From contig JAFQLL010000051.1 in the NCBI GenBank assembly GCA_017414645.1, positions 1 through 55,871 on the forward strand: a stretch of DNA of 55,871 nt, given 5' to 3'. The translations under genes were made by a program, and so were the position numbers. The DNA comes from Clostridia bacterium (GTDB lineage: Bacteria > Bacillota > Clostridia > UMGS1883). Below the pieces are notes generated by a model that was not told the origin of the DNA, made no database searches, and worked only from the letters and a program-made list of their open reading frames with translations. Of the stretch, positions 8,731-19,076 are shown piece after piece (the stretch's first letter is position 1; every line of letters begins with the position of its first letter).

Positions 8731-9429
8731 TTAAAGAGCGCCTCTTGAGCGCAAAACCTCTGTCATGTACAAAACGTCCTCAGGATATGTAAGCTTAACA
8801 TTGTCTCTGCCTGTTATAACGGTTTTAATGGGGTAGTTGCACCTTTCTACCAGCATGCATTCATCCGTCCCCTCAAAGCTGTCCTCCAAGGCTTTCTTGT
8901 GTGCCTCCAAAAGAATTTCCTTTTTAAAAATCTGGGGTGTTCTTACCTGCACTGTTTTTTCACGGTCAACGGTGCCTGTTATCATGCCGCCATCATCCAC
9001 ACTTTTCAAGGTGTCCACGCTTAAAACCGAGGCAACCGCACCACCAAAATCAATAGCTGCCTGTGCCACAAGGGTAATAGATTCGTCCTTGATAAGGGGG
9101 CGTGCGCCGTCGTGCACGGCGACGTAATTGCTTTCAGGAGAAACCTTTTCCAAAGCATTTTTTACGCTTTTCTGGCGTGTGCTTCCCCCTTCAACAATCC
9201 ACACAACCTTTGCATAGCCGTTCTTTTTTACTATCTCACCGTACTCCTCAATGCTGTCAGAGGGCGCAGCAATAATAATCTCGTCAATAGCCTCGCAATT
9301 TTCAAAGGCTTCAACTGTTCTTTCAAACACGTTTTTACTGCCTATATTAAGCAGCATTTTGTTGTACCCCATTCTTTGTGACTTTCCTGCCGACAAAATA
9401 ATTGCCGAAAAAAACTTATTGTTTAACAT
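8731..9429 (-). CDS. ispD: 2-C-methyl-D-erythritol 4-phosphate cytidylyltransferase
   Basis: AGKSQRMG, GGSTRQKSV, VHDGARP, NVKLTYPED; start at ATG 9429 after GGAGG. Confidence 0.95.
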   Translation of the reverse strand: MLNNKFFSAIILSAGKSQRMGYNKMLLNIGSKNVFERTVEAFENCEAIDEIIIAAPSDSIEEYGEIVKKNGYAKVVWIVEGGSTRQKSVKNALEKVSPESNYVAVHDGARPLIKDESITLVAQAAIDFGGAVASVLSVDTLKSVDDGGMITGTVDREKTVQVRTPQIFKKEILLEAHKKALEDSFEGTDECMLVERCNYPIKTVITGRDNVKLTYPEDVLYMTEVLRSRGAL

Positions 9430-9467
9430 AAATCTACCTCCATCAACAACAAAACTTCCTGCAATGC

Positions 9468-9497
9468 AAAAAGTGCGACCGCATGTACGGTCGCACT
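9468..9497 (-). terminator. Intrinsic terminator between carD and ispD
   Basis: Minus strand agtgcgaccg-tacatg-cggtcgcact-tttt. Confidence 0.7.
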
Positions 9498-9529
9498 GGG
9501 TAACAATGCCAACTACGCCGCAAAGACAA

Positions 9530-10036
9530 TCATTCCGCCTTGGGCCTTTGAAGCATTTGCTCTTCGATAATATCCTTAAGAGCTTTATCAACCACCTCGT
9601 AAGTGGTATTTTTACTCATTACAATTTCACTTATAAGAATTTGCTTTGCATTTGAAAGCATTTTCCTTTCACCTGTAGAAAGCCCCTTTGCTTTATCACG
9701 CATCATAAGACTTTTTACAACAGAGGCAACCTCAAAAATGTTACCGCTTTTAATTCTTACCATGTTTTCACGATAACGCTTGTTCCAGTTAAGATTTGCA
9801 TCTATTTCAACTGTTTTGAAGGTTTCTAAAACCTCGTCTGCCTCCTTAGCCGAAATAAGGTTTCTTACACCGATTTTATCGGCGCCGTCAATAGGAATGA
9901 GAACTTTCATGTCGCCTAACGGAATGCGCATGGCATAGTAACGGTACATGAGGCCTGACACCTCACGCTCCTCAATAGCTTCGATTACGCCTGCTCCGTG
10001 CAGAGGGTAAACAATGCTGTCGCCTATGCTGTACAT
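9530..10036 (-). CDS. carD: CarD/CdnL family RNA-polymerase-binding regulator
   Basis: IGDSIVYPLHGAGVIEAIE, NWNKRYRENM, LSTGERKML. Confidence 0.92.
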   Translation of the reverse strand: MYSIGDSIVYPLHGAGVIEAIEEREVSGLMYRYYAMRIPLGDMKVLIPIDGADKIGVRNLISAKEADEVLETFKTVEIDANLNWNKRYRENMVRIKSGNIFEVASVVKSLMMRDKAKGLSTGERKMLSNAKQILISEIVMSKNTTYEVVDKALKDIIEEQMLQRPKAE

Positions 10037-10172
10037 AAAAATTCACATCCTTCTCCTTTTATCATGCTATGGTTAGATTATAGCATATTTTTCCGGTTTT
10101 GTCAAACGCAAATTTTTAAACGGGTTATAATATCATATAACAAGGTAAAAAGCAATAGTTTTTTTGAAGAAT

Positions 10173-11270
10173 TTATATTTTTTTGAAATTTCCCAAATAT
10201 TTATAGCTTGTAGCGTATTTTTTCAGCTCATTTATGGCATTTATCATGTTTTCGTCGTTTATATTGCCTTCAAGCTCGGCAAAAAAGCGGTATTCGCCCA
10301 TGCGGTCAATAACCGGGCGCGACTCAATTTTAAGTAAATTTACGCTGTGACGGGCAAAAATTTCCAACGCGCACACAAGTGCACCTGAAACATGGGGCAC
10401 ACTGAATACAACTGCCGCCTTTGTTGCACCTTCGCCAAGCTGTGGGTTTTTCGATATAATGATAAACCTCGTGGCGTTAGCCTTGCCGGAATTGATGCTT
10501 TCACAAAGCACCTCGAGGTTATAAAGCTTTGCCGCTCTTTTCGATGCAATTGCCGCTTTTGTTTTATCGCCGCTTTCGCTTACAGTCTTGGCACCTACAG
10601 CGGTATTTACAACGCTGTTAAGATTCCAGTTTTTGTCTTTAAGAAATTCCTTGCACTGGAAAAAGCCCTGCTCGTGAGAGTATACATCTGTAATATCTTC
10701 CACCTTTGTGCCCTCTGCCACCAGAAGATTGTGTTCAACCTTTATAGCGGTTTCACCCACTATGTAAACCTCGTGGTTACAAAGCATGTCTAAAACATCT
10801 GTTATACTGCCTGTTGTAGAGTTTTCCAGAGGAAGCACGCCGTAGTCCGCATTGCCGCATTCAACCTCTTCTATAACGTTTTCAAAGGTTTTTACGTTGT
10901 AAATATTTTCGTCGAATATTTTCGATGCCGCAATGGAGCCGTAGCCACCATCAACGCCCTGGTAGCAGGCTCTGCCCACCAATGCCTTTTTCATTTCGAA
11001 GGAATCAATGAGCTTTTGCTGAACGGAGCGGGAAAGTGCCATAACCTTTACGAAGAATTCTTCTATAACACCTTCATATTCCTTCTCCGTTACCTTTTCC
11101 ATGCGGCTTCTTAAAACAATTTCTTCACGGGCGCTATCTAAAACCTGCATGCCGTTTTTAAGCTTTACCTCACCTATATGCTTTGCAACATCCATTCTTT
11201 TTTCCATAAGAGCAATTAGCTCTGTATCTATTTTGTCTATTTCTGCTCTGTAATATTCAAGATTTTCCAT
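10173..11270 (-). CDS. pheA: Chorismate mutase / prephenate dehydratase
   Basis: N-terminal CM domain (RAEIDKID), LPLENSTTGS, NATRF, KIESRP ACT domain. Confidence 0.92.
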   Translation of the reverse strand: MENLEYYRAEIDKIDTELIALMEKRMDVAKHIGEVKLKNGMQVLDSAREEIVLRSRMEKVTEKEYEGVIEEFFVKVMALSRSVQQKLIDSFEMKKALVGRACYQGVDGGYGSIAASKIFDENIYNVKTFENVIEEVECGNADYGVLPLENSTTGSITDVLDMLCNHEVYIVGETAIKVEHNLLVAEGTKVEDITDVYSHEQGFFQCKEFLKDKNWNLNSVVNTAVGAKTVSESGDKTKAAIASKRAAKLYNLEVLCESINSGKANATRFIIISKNPQLGEGATKAAVVFSVPHVSGALVCALEIFARHSVNLLKIESRPVIDRMGEYRFFAELEGNINDENMINAINELKKYATSYKYLGNFKKI

Positions 11271-11284
11271 GTTTTTCACCTTTT

Positions 11285-12373
11285 TCAAAACATTTTTGCT
11301 TCAACGAGATAGTCAAAGGCACAAAGTGCGGCACAAGCATCGATAACACTTACCGCTCTCACAACAATGCAGGCATCGTGTCGGCCTTGGATTGTAAGCT
11401 TTTCGTTTGTCTTTTCAACAAAGTTCACGCTGTCCTGTTCACGGGATATGGACGCTGTAGGCTTGATTGCCGTTTTAAATACAATGGGCATGCCGTTTGT
11501 TATGCCGCCGTTAATGCCGCCATCGTGGTTTGTGCGTGTGTAAATGTTTTCGCCGTCGGTATAAAGAGTGTCGTTAGCTTCGCTGCCACGCATTTTTGTT
11601 ACGTTGAAGCCCTCGCCGAATTCCAACCCTTTAACTGCAGGCACCGAGAAAATGAGCGATGAAAGACGTGACTCAAAAGCATCGAATATGGGGTTGCCTA
11701 TACCCTTTTCCATGTTCATGATTGCGCATTCAATAATGCCTCCTGCACTGTCGAGCTCACCCTTAAGTTGAAGAACTCTCTCTTCCATTTTCTTTGCCGC
11801 ATCCTGCGATACTGTAGGCAGGATCATGTTTTTAAGTGCATTTGCTTTATCCATGCTCATATCACTTAAATCCCACGGTGCATCTTCAATGTCCATTATG
11901 CTTTTAATTCTGGACACTGTGTATATACCCTTCTGTTTAAGTGCGCACTTTGCAACTGCCCCTGCAAAAACCAAGGGTGCTGTAAGCCTGCCCGAAAAAT
12001 GGCCGCCGCCACGATGGTCGTTAAAGCCCTTATAACGCAAATAGCCTGTGTAGTCGGCGTGAGAGGGGCGTGCAGTGTTTTTTAAATTATCGTAATCCTT
12101 AGAGTGCTGGTCAGAATTATAAATGACAAACGCAAGGGGTGTTCCTGTTGTTCTGCCGTTTACAACACCCGACAAAATTTCGGGAATGTCAGGCTCTTTT
12201 CTGGCTGTTGCCAAGGCTGAGGAGCCTGTCTGCCTTCTTTTAAGCTCGAACTTAATTTCTTCCATGTCAATTTCTATTCCCGGAGGCAGGTTGTCGATAA
12301 CACCGCCAATGCCTCTTGAATGGCTTTCGCCGAAAATAGAAAGCTTTATATTATTACCCCAGATTGAGCTCAT
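11285..12373 (-). CDS. aroC: Chorismate synthase
   Basis: FGESHS, RPSHAD, RGGGHFSGRLTA, GRHDACI. Confidence 0.96.
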   Translation of the reverse strand: MSSIWGNNIKLSIFGESHSRGIGGVIDNLPPGIEIDMEEIKFELKRRQTGSSALATARKEPDIPEILSGVVNGRTTGTPLAFVIYNSDQHSKDYDNLKNTARPSHADYTGYLRYKGFNDHRGGGHFSGRLTAPLVFAGAVAKCALKQKGIYTVSRIKSIMDIEDAPWDLSDMSMDKANALKNMILPTVSQDAAKKMEERVLQLKGELDSAGGIIECAIMNMEKGIGNPIFDAFESRLSSLIFSVPAVKGLEFGEGFNVTKMRGSEANDTLYTDGENIYTRTNHDGGINGGITNGMPIVFKTAIKPTASISREQDSVNFVEKTNEKLTIQGRHDACIVVRAVSVIDACAALCAFDYLVEAKMF

Positions 12374-13541
12374 CTGCCATACCTCCCAACTGCCTGAATC
12401 TTTCCCAGAAATCAGGCATGCTCTTTCTTACGCTTTCTGCGCCTTTTATAATTACTTCGCCCTTGCAGTAAGGCGAAATTGTTGCAAGTGCCATTGCAAT
12501 GCGGTGGTCATTATGCGAGGAGCACACACCGCCCGTAAGGCTCTTTTTGCCCTGTATTATAAGATAGTCCTCGCCTTCTGTAACAGATGCACCAAGGTTT
12601 CTTAGTTCTTCTGTTATTGCCTGAAGTCGGTCGCTTTCCTTTATTCTGAGGCGTGCAGCATTCACAATTCTGCCCTCGCCCTCACTTACAGCCATAACGC
12701 ATGCTAGAACAGGCACACAATCAGGAATCTGGCTTACATCAACCTCAATGTTTTTAAGCGCTCTGCCATTTGTTATGTAACCGTTTTGGGTATCTTCAAT
12801 TTTCATGCCCATGCGGCGGTACACCTGAACAATTTCCTTGTCGCCCTGGATAGAATTGTTGTCCAGACCTGTAAGGTTAACATTTCCCATTGCAAGAAAA
12901 AACGCTGCCTGAGAAAAATCGCCCTCAACAATGTAGGTTTCGTTTTTATATTTCTGGTTGCCCTTTATAGTGTAGGTGTTGTCTCCCTCTTCTACTTCAA
13001 TGCCGAACTTTTTTAAAACATCAAGTGTCATGTCAACATAAGCCTTGCTTTCAAGCTTTGTAGTAATGACAATTCTGGAGTCTTCCTTTATAAGGGGAAG
13101 TGCAAACAACAGCCCTGTTATAAACTGGCTGGAAACGTCGCCTCGTATTTTGTAGTCGCCGCCTGTAAGGATACCTTTTGCGTAAAGGGTGTTGTTTTCA
13201 AGTTTATATGAAATGCCCTTTTCGTCGAATATTTTAAAGTAATCGTCAAGGGGTCTTTCCATAAGCCTCTCGGAGCCCGAAATTTCCACTTCGCCGTTAA
13301 TAGCAAGGGCAATAGGTATCATAAAGCGCAGCGTTGAGCCGGACTCGTTTGCAAAAAGGCTCTTTTTGTCCCCAATTGCACAAAGGCATTCCATTGTTGC
13401 CTTTGTGTCGGCACTCTCACCTACGCCTACGGCTTTTCCATTACCTAAGTATGCTGCAATCAACCCTCTGTGAGAATAGCTCTTCGAGGGTGGTATTTCC
13501 ATGCGTCCCTGCAGGGGGCATGGTGTTATTTTAATGTCCAC
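12354..13541 (-). CDS. aroA: 3-phosphoshikimate 1-carboxyvinyltransferase
   Basis: PPSKSYSHR, ESGSTLRF, SSQFITG, LRIKESDR, DHRIAM. Confidence 0.96.
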   Translation of the reverse strand: MDIKITPCPLQGRMEIPPSKSYSHRGLIAAYLGNGKAVGVGESADTKATMECLCAIGDKKSLFANESGSTLRFMIPIALAINGEVEISGSERLMERPLDDYFKIFDEKGISYKLENNTLYAKGILTGGDYKIRGDVSSQFITGLLFALPLIKEDSRIVITTKLESKAYVDMTLDVLKKFGIEVEEGDNTYTIKGNQKYKNETYIVEGDFSQAAFFLAMGNVNLTGLDNNSIQGDKEIVQVYRRMGMKIEDTQNGYITNGRALKNIEVDVSQIPDCVPVLACVMAVSEGEGRIVNAARLRIKESDRLQAITEELRNLGASVTEGEDYLIIQGKKSLTGGVCSSHNDHRIAMALATISPYCKGEVIIKGAESVRKSMPDFWERFRQLGGMADELNLG

Positions 13542-13547
13542 TTAAAT

Positions 13548-14591
13548 TCATCCCTTTGCTATGGTTTCAAGCAATGTAACGTCTACCTTTTCGTAGTAGC
13601 TGTCACCCATGCTTTTAACAAGTACAATGCTTATCTTATTACCGCTTCGCTTTTTGTCGTGCATAGCAGCACCCGTCATGCCTTCAAGGTTGTCGATATG
13701 GGTAGGCAGGTTATATTTTTCACAAAGCTTTTTTATAATGTCAAAGGTGCCTTTTTCTGTTATGCCCTGCTTTTCGCTCCAGGCTGTTATTGCACACATG
13801 CCGATTGCCACAGCCGCACCGTGGGAGTAGGTGCCATAGCCTGTGTAGTTTTCAACAGCATGGCCTAAGGTATGGCCAAAATTAAGAAGCATTCTTTCGC
13901 CCTTGTCGTGTTCATCGTTTTCAACAATGGAAGCTTTAATGCGGCAACAGGTGGCAATAACCTCTTCAATTTCAAATTTGCCACAAAGCAAGTCTTCTGC
14001 AAGCTTTTTATCGCGGATAGCTCCGTATTTTATAACCTCTGCCATGCCGCATGCAACCTCTCTGGGCGGAAGAGTATTAAGGGTGTCGGTGTCAATGAGT
14101 ACCATTTTCGGCTGGTAGAAGGTGCCCACCAGATTTTTACCCTCGGGAATGTTTACGGCTGTTTTTCCGCCTACGGAAGAGTCAACCTGTGACAAAAGGG
14201 TTGTGGGCATCTGTATGAGAGTTACGCCACGGAGCACAACCGATGCACAAAAAGCTGTCAGGTCGCCTATAACACCACCGCCTAAGGCAACAATAACGTC
14301 GCTTCGGGTAAAGTCGTGGCGGATAATTTCACGGCACAGATATTCAAGGTTTTCGAAGCTTTTTGCTTCCTCGCCTGCTTTTACAACCAGTGAAAAAACG
14401 TCGCCGCCTGCTTTTTTCACAGCCGCTTCCACCTTGCTGCCGTACAAAGGGAACACATTACTGTCAGACACAATGCAAACCTTTTTTCCGTCGCAAAAGC
14501 TTCTAAGAAGCACAGCTGCTTCATCAAAAAGCTTGTTTCCTATATATATTTTGTATTCCTTTTTGGGGATTTTTACGTCAATAGACAACAT
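13548..14591 (-). CDS. aroB: 3-dehydroquinate synthase
   Basis: GGGVIGD, PTTLLSQVDSSVGGKT, LNFGHTLGHA. Confidence 0.96.
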   Translation of the reverse strand: MLSIDVKIPKKEYKIYIGNKLFDEAAVLLRSFCDGKKVCIVSDSNVFPLYGSKVEAAVKKAGGDVFSLVVKAGEEAKSFENLEYLCREIIRHDFTRSDVIVALGGGVIGDLTAFCASVVLRGVTLIQMPTTLLSQVDSSVGGKTAVNIPEGKNLVGTFYQPKMVLIDTDTLNTLPPREVACGMAEVIKYGAIRDKKLAEDLLCGKFEIEEVIATCCRIKASIVENDEHDKGERMLLNFGHTLGHAVENYTGYGTYSHGAAVAIGMCAITAWSEKQGITEKGTFDIIKKLCEKYNLPTHIDNLEGMTGAAMHDKKRSGNKISIVLVKSMGDSYYEKVDVTLLETIAKG

Positions 14592-14737
14592 ATTCTAAAC
14601 CTTCTTTAAAAAAATGTATATTAGAGTAATTATAGCACCCCCGCTCTGCGTTTTCAAGTTTTTTGCAAATTTACCTTGAAATTTCGGCAGATTATGTTAA
14701 AATAGTATCAATGTTTTTTTGGAAGGTCTTGATTTTA

Positions 14738-15478
14738 ATGTACATCACAGGTATAGGCACCATTGTAAATGTACTTGCCGTTATGCTCGGCTCACTTGTA
14801 GGGCTTTTTGCAAAAAAGCTCATAAGCGACAAGCTTCGTGAGGGCATAATGAGTGCTCTCGGTCTGGCAGTTTTCACCATTGGCATATCGGGCGTTGTAA
14901 CAAACAGCATTTTTGTGTCAGAAGGCAGGCTGTCGTCGGAATTTACACTGCTTATGATAATGTCCCTTGCAATAGGTTCATTTATCGGCACACTTATTGA
15001 CATTGAAAAGCGCCTTGACGACTTAGGTCAGTTTTTCCAGGCAAAGCTCACAAAGAACGAATCCGGTTCAACCTTTGCAGAGGGCTTTGTGTCTGCCTCA
15101 CTTCTTTTCTGTGTGGGCAGCATGGCAATTGTAGGCTCATTAAACGACGGCATTTCCCACGACCCTAACATTCTTTTTGCAAAAAGCATCCTTGACGGCA
15201 TTATGGCTGTTGTGTTTGCATCAACCTTAGGCATAGGCACAATGATGAGCTGCTTTTCACTTATCATTTATCAGGGCAGCATAACCCTTTGCGCATCATT
15301 GGTTGCGCCCTATCTTACCGATATGGTCATTGCCCAGATGGGGCTCATCGGCAACATACTTATTATGGCAATAGGTCTTAACTTTGTTTATAAGCCTAAA
15401 TTCAAGGTGGGCAACATGCTCCCTGCGGTTTTTATCCCCATTATTTATTATGTTTTAAGAACGATTTTTAATTTTTAA
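14738..15478 (+). CDS. DUF554-family membrane protein
   Basis: GTIVN, GFVSASLLFCVGSMAIVGSL, KSILDG, NMLPA. Confidence 0.85.
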   Translation: MYITGIGTIVNVLAVMLGSLVGLFAKKLISDKLREGIMSALGLAVFTIGISGVVTNSIFVSEGRLSSEFTLLMIMSLAIGSFIGTLIDIEKRLDDLGQFFQAKLTKNESGSTFAEGFVSASLLFCVGSMAIVGSLNDGISHDPNILFAKSILDGIMAVVFASTLGIGTMMSCFSLIIYQGSITLCASLVAPYLTDMVIAQMGLIGNILIMAIGLNFVYKPKFKVGNMLPAVFIPIIYYVLRTIFNF

Positions 15479-15489
15479 GGAGAAAAGCT

Positions 15490-16998
15490 ATGTTTAACCG
15501 TTCCTGTGGCGTTTTGTGCCACATTTCATCAATTCCGGGCAGATACGGCATCGGCACCTTCGGCAAGGAGGCTGTGGAATTTGCCCAATTCCTCCGCAGC
15601 ATGGATATCCGGTCTTGGCAGGTGTTACCTCTTTGCCCCACAGACGACTACAACTCTCCCTACGCAGGCTGCAGCGCCTTTGCAGGTAATCCCTTCTTTA
15701 TTGACCCCGAAATTCTTTTCGAAGAAAAGCTTCTTACTAAAGAGGAACTGGAAAGCGCTGTTGCGCCCCAGCCCTACAGTGCCGATTTCAAGTTTTTGAA
15801 AGAAACACGTTTGCCCCTTTTCAAAAAAGCCTTCGACCGCTTTAAAGAAAAGGGCATGGACATACTTGAAAAGTTTTTGGTGGAGCATAGCGAGCTTGAC
15901 GACTACGCTCTGTTTACAGCTATTAAGGAGCATTACGAGCTTCTTCCCTGGTGGGAATGGCCCGAGGGCTTAAAAATGCGAGAGGAAGAAGCACTTAGTA
16001 AAGCAAAGGAAGAATTAAAGGACGAATACTTTTTTGCACTCTTTTTACAGTACGAATTCCACAAGCAGTTCACTTCTCTCAAGGAAAAAGTAAACGCTCT
16101 GGGTGTTTCTATAATCGGCGACATGCCCATTTATCTTGCACATGACTCTGCAGATGTATGGGCAAACAGAAGCATTTTCTCCATCGATGAAAAAACCTGT
16201 GCTCTCCGTGCTTGCGCAGGTGTGCCTCCGGACTATTTCTGTGCCGAAGGTCAGCTTTGGGGCAACCCCCTTTACGACTGGGACGAAATGAAAAAGGACG
16301 GCTACAAGTGGTGGATAAAGAGAGCAGGCTATGCGTTCTCTCTTTACGATGCAGTGCGTATTGACCACTTCAGAGCGTTTTCTGCTTATTGGTCTGTGCC
16401 TGCAGGCGAAAAGGCAACAAAGGGCGAATGGATAAAGGGCCCCGGAATGGACTTCTTTAATGCCCTCAGAAAAGAATACCCCACAAGCCCCATTATTGCC
16501 GAAGACTTAGGCGACATTGACGATGATGTTCGTCAGCTTGTAAAGGATACAAAGTTCCCCGGAATGGGAGTTATGCAGTTTGCATTCCTTTCCGACGGTG
16601 ACAACACACATATGCCCTATAACTACTCTGCTAACACAGTTGCTTACACAGGTACACACGACAACAACACCATCTTAGGCTGGCTCTGGGAAGCAGACGA
16701 TGCGTCCCGCAAGAGAATTTGCTCTTACTGCAACTTTGAAGGCGACTGGGGTATGGGCGGACCTAATGCACCCTGCATTAAAACCATTATCCGCACACTT
16801 TTTGAATCCTCCGCACTTTTGGCTATTGTACCCGTGCAGGATTTAGTGGGCTTTGGCGCCGACACAAGAATGAACACCCCCGGCTTGGCTGACGGCAACT
16901 GGGCTTTCAGAATTACAAAGGACAGCTTAAAAGAGGTTAACCGCGAATTCTTTAAGGATATTTCAAACAGATATCATCGCAACCAGAATCTTATATAA
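15490..16998 (+). CDS. malQ: 4-alpha-glucanotransferase (GH77)
   Basis: WQVLPL, GDMPIY, RIDHFR, IAEDLG, YTGTHDN, RMNTPG. Confidence 0.95.
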   Translation: MFNRSCGVLCHISSIPGRYGIGTFGKEAVEFAQFLRSMDIRSWQVLPLCPTDDYNSPYAGCSAFAGNPFFIDPEILFEEKLLTKEELESAVAPQPYSADFKFLKETRLPLFKKAFDRFKEKGMDILEKFLVEHSELDDYALFTAIKEHYELLPWWEWPEGLKMREEEALSKAKEELKDEYFFALFLQYEFHKQFTSLKEKVNALGVSIIGDMPIYLAHDSADVWANRSIFSIDEKTCALRACAGVPPDYFCAEGQLWGNPLYDWDEMKKDGYKWWIKRAGYAFSLYDAVRIDHFRAFSAYWSVPAGEKATKGEWIKGPGMDFFNALRKEYPTSPIIAEDLGDIDDDVRQLVKDTKFPGMGVMQFAFLSDGDNTHMPYNYSANTVAYTGTHDNNTILGWLWEADDASRKRICSYCNFEGDWGMGGPNAPCIKTIIRTLFESSALLAIVPVQDLVGFGADTRMNTPGLADGNWAFRITKDSLKEVNREFFKDISNRYHRNQNLI

Positions 16999-17116
16999 AA
17001 AAGTGTTTTAACACTTCAACCCCCTCGGTCCCCCAATCTTGGGGGACGAAAAGGTACACTTTTATTTTACAAGCAAATATGCGCACATTCTGCGCGCAAT
17101 TTCCTATGTAATAAAA
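16996..17116. repeat. Family B structured repeat (121 bp), copy B1
   Basis: Matches 36659-36779 with 4 substitutions by manual count; contains tccccca..tggggga and tgcgca..tgcgcg hairpins. Confidence 0.92.
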
Positions 17117-17117
17117 C

Positions 17118-17149
17118 AAAAACGGAATTGCTTTTGCAATTCCGTTTTT
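17118..17149. terminator. Bidirectional terminator between malQ and htpG
   Basis: aaaaacggaattgc-tttt-gcaattccgttttt. Confidence 0.8.
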
Positions 17150-17152
17150 ATG

Positions 17153-19033
17153 TTACATTAATTCACTTACCAACTGAGCAAATTCAACAGCGTTGTCAAT
17201 GGGCATATCGGCAATTAAAAGTGCCTGTGTGTAAAGGATTTTACTAAGCTTTACTGCCCTGTCCTTATCTGTTTCAAAAGCGTTTCTGAGTGCTTCAAAG
17301 GCATGGTGCTCACCGTTCAATTCCAGAACACGTCTTGCTTTTATTGCGTTTTCCTTTTCGCCGGGCAGGCTCTTGAAATATTTTTCCATTTCTAATGTTA
17401 CCTCGCCCTCGCTTGTAAGGCACACGCTGTGGCTTTTAAGCTTATGGGATATACGCACAAACTCAACCTCGCCGCCCAAAGACTCTTTCACAAAATCGAG
17501 CAAGTCCTTGTTTTCCTCTTCCATCTTTTCGGCTTCCTGCTTTTCTTCGTCTGTTTCCAAGCCAAGGTCTTTATCGTTGATGTTCTTAAATTCCTTTTCC
17601 ATATAGGTACCTAAAATATTAACAACAAATTCGTCAACATCGTCGGTAAGGTAAAGAATGGCGTAGCCTGCCTCTTTAACGGTTTCTGTCTGAGGAAGAA
17701 GGTTAATTTTGTTAATACTCTCACCGCGCGCATAGTAAATGTACTTCTGGCTTTCGGGCATACTTGACACGTATTCCTCCAGGCTTACCAAGGAATCGGT
17801 AAGAGAAGAATAGTAAAGAAGCAAATCTGAAAGCTGGTCCTTATGCACACCATAGTCAGACACAACACCGTACTTAAGCTGAAGACCGAATTCACTAAAG
17901 AAGCCTTCGTACTTTTCTCTTTCGCTTGTCATGAGCTTCTTTAATTCACTCTTGATTTTCTTTTCAAGGTTATTTGCAATCTGTTTAAGCTGACGATCGT
18001 GCTGCAAAATTTCACGGGAAATATTAAGGGACAAATTGTCGGAATCAACAACACCCTTTACAAAACGGAAATGCTCGGGAAGAAGTTCTTCGCATCGCTC
18101 CATAATCATAACAGAGGAGGTGTAAAGGCTTAAGCCCTTCTGGTATTCCTTTGTGTAGTAGGTCATTGGTGCCTTTGACGGGATAAAGAGCATTGCCTTG
18201 TAGTTAAGGCTACCCTCGGCATTAATTCTTATAACCTTGCAGGCATCGTTCATGTCGTAGAAGGTTTCCTTGTAGAAGCTGTTGCATTCCTCGTCGGTAA
18301 CATCGCTTTTGCTTCTTTGCCAGATGGGCACCATGCTGTTTACAACCTCGTCCTCGAAGTAGACTGCCTCAGTGCCTTCAACCTTTTTTTCCTCGGGCAT
18401 AACAATGGGGTAGCGCACATAGTCGGAATATTTTTTGATAATGCCCTTAATGCGATAGGGACGTAAAAATTCGTCGTAAACCTCGTCGTCGGTATTGGGC
18501 TTTATGTACATAACAATGGTTGTACCAATTTCGTCTTTAACACATTCACGGATGCTGTAGCCATCAACGCCTGTGCTTTCCCACACATGACTTTCGCCCG
18601 TTTTAAGGCTTTTTGTTGTAACAGTAACCTTTTCGGCAACCATAAACGCACTGTAGAAGCCAACGCCGAACTGACCGATAATGTCAATTTCTTTCTCTTC
18701 TTTTTCCTCATTGGAAAGGTTTTCTTTAAAGCTTAAAGAGCCGCTTTTTGCAATTGTACCAAGGTTTTCTTCAAGCTCTTCCTTCGTCATGCCAATACCA
18801 TTGTCTGAAACTGTAACGGTGCGTCTTTCCTTGTCAAGCTCCACGCGGATCTTAAAATCTGTTCTATCAAAGCCCTCGGCACCCTCAGAAAGTGCCACAT
18901 AGCAACGCTTGTCAATAGCATCGGATGCATTGGAGATTATTTCACGCAGGAAAATTTCCTTATGTGTGTAGATGGAGTTTATCATCAAGTCAAGAATTCT
19001 CTTAGACTCTGTTTTAAACTGTTTTTTTGCCAT
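17153..19033 (-). CDS. htpG: Chaperone HtpG (Hsp90)
   Basis: IFLREIISNASDA, DNGIGM, IGQFGVGFYS, NISREILQ. Confidence 0.97.
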   Translation of the reverse strand: MAKKQFKTESKRILDLMINSIYTHKEIFLREIISNASDAIDKRCYVALSEGAEGFDRTDFKIRVELDKERRTVTVSDNGIGMTKEELEENLGTIAKSGSLSFKENLSNEEKEEKEIDIIGQFGVGFYSAFMVAEKVTVTTKSLKTGESHVWESTGVDGYSIRECVKDEIGTTIVMYIKPNTDDEVYDEFLRPYRIKGIIKKYSDYVRYPIVMPEEKKVEGTEAVYFEDEVVNSMVPIWQRSKSDVTDEECNSFYKETFYDMNDACKVIRINAEGSLNYKAMLFIPSKAPMTYYTKEYQKGLSLYTSSVMIMERCEELLPEHFRFVKGVVDSDNLSLNISREILQHDRQLKQIANNLEKKIKSELKKLMTSEREKYEGFFSEFGLQLKYGVVSDYGVHKDQLSDLLLYYSSLTDSLVSLEEYVSSMPESQKYIYYARGESINKINLLPQTETVKEAGYAILYLTDDVDEFVVNILGTYMEKEFKNINDKDLGLETDEEKQEAEKMEEENKDLLDFVKESLGGEVEFVRISHKLKSHSVCLTSEGEVTLEMEKYFKSLPGEKENAIKARRVLELNGEHHAFEALRNAFETDKDRAVKLSKILYTQALLIADMPIDNAVEFAQLVSELM

Positions 19034-19076
19034 TTTTATTCATTCCTTTCATTTGTACATAATATCACGTTTTTTC

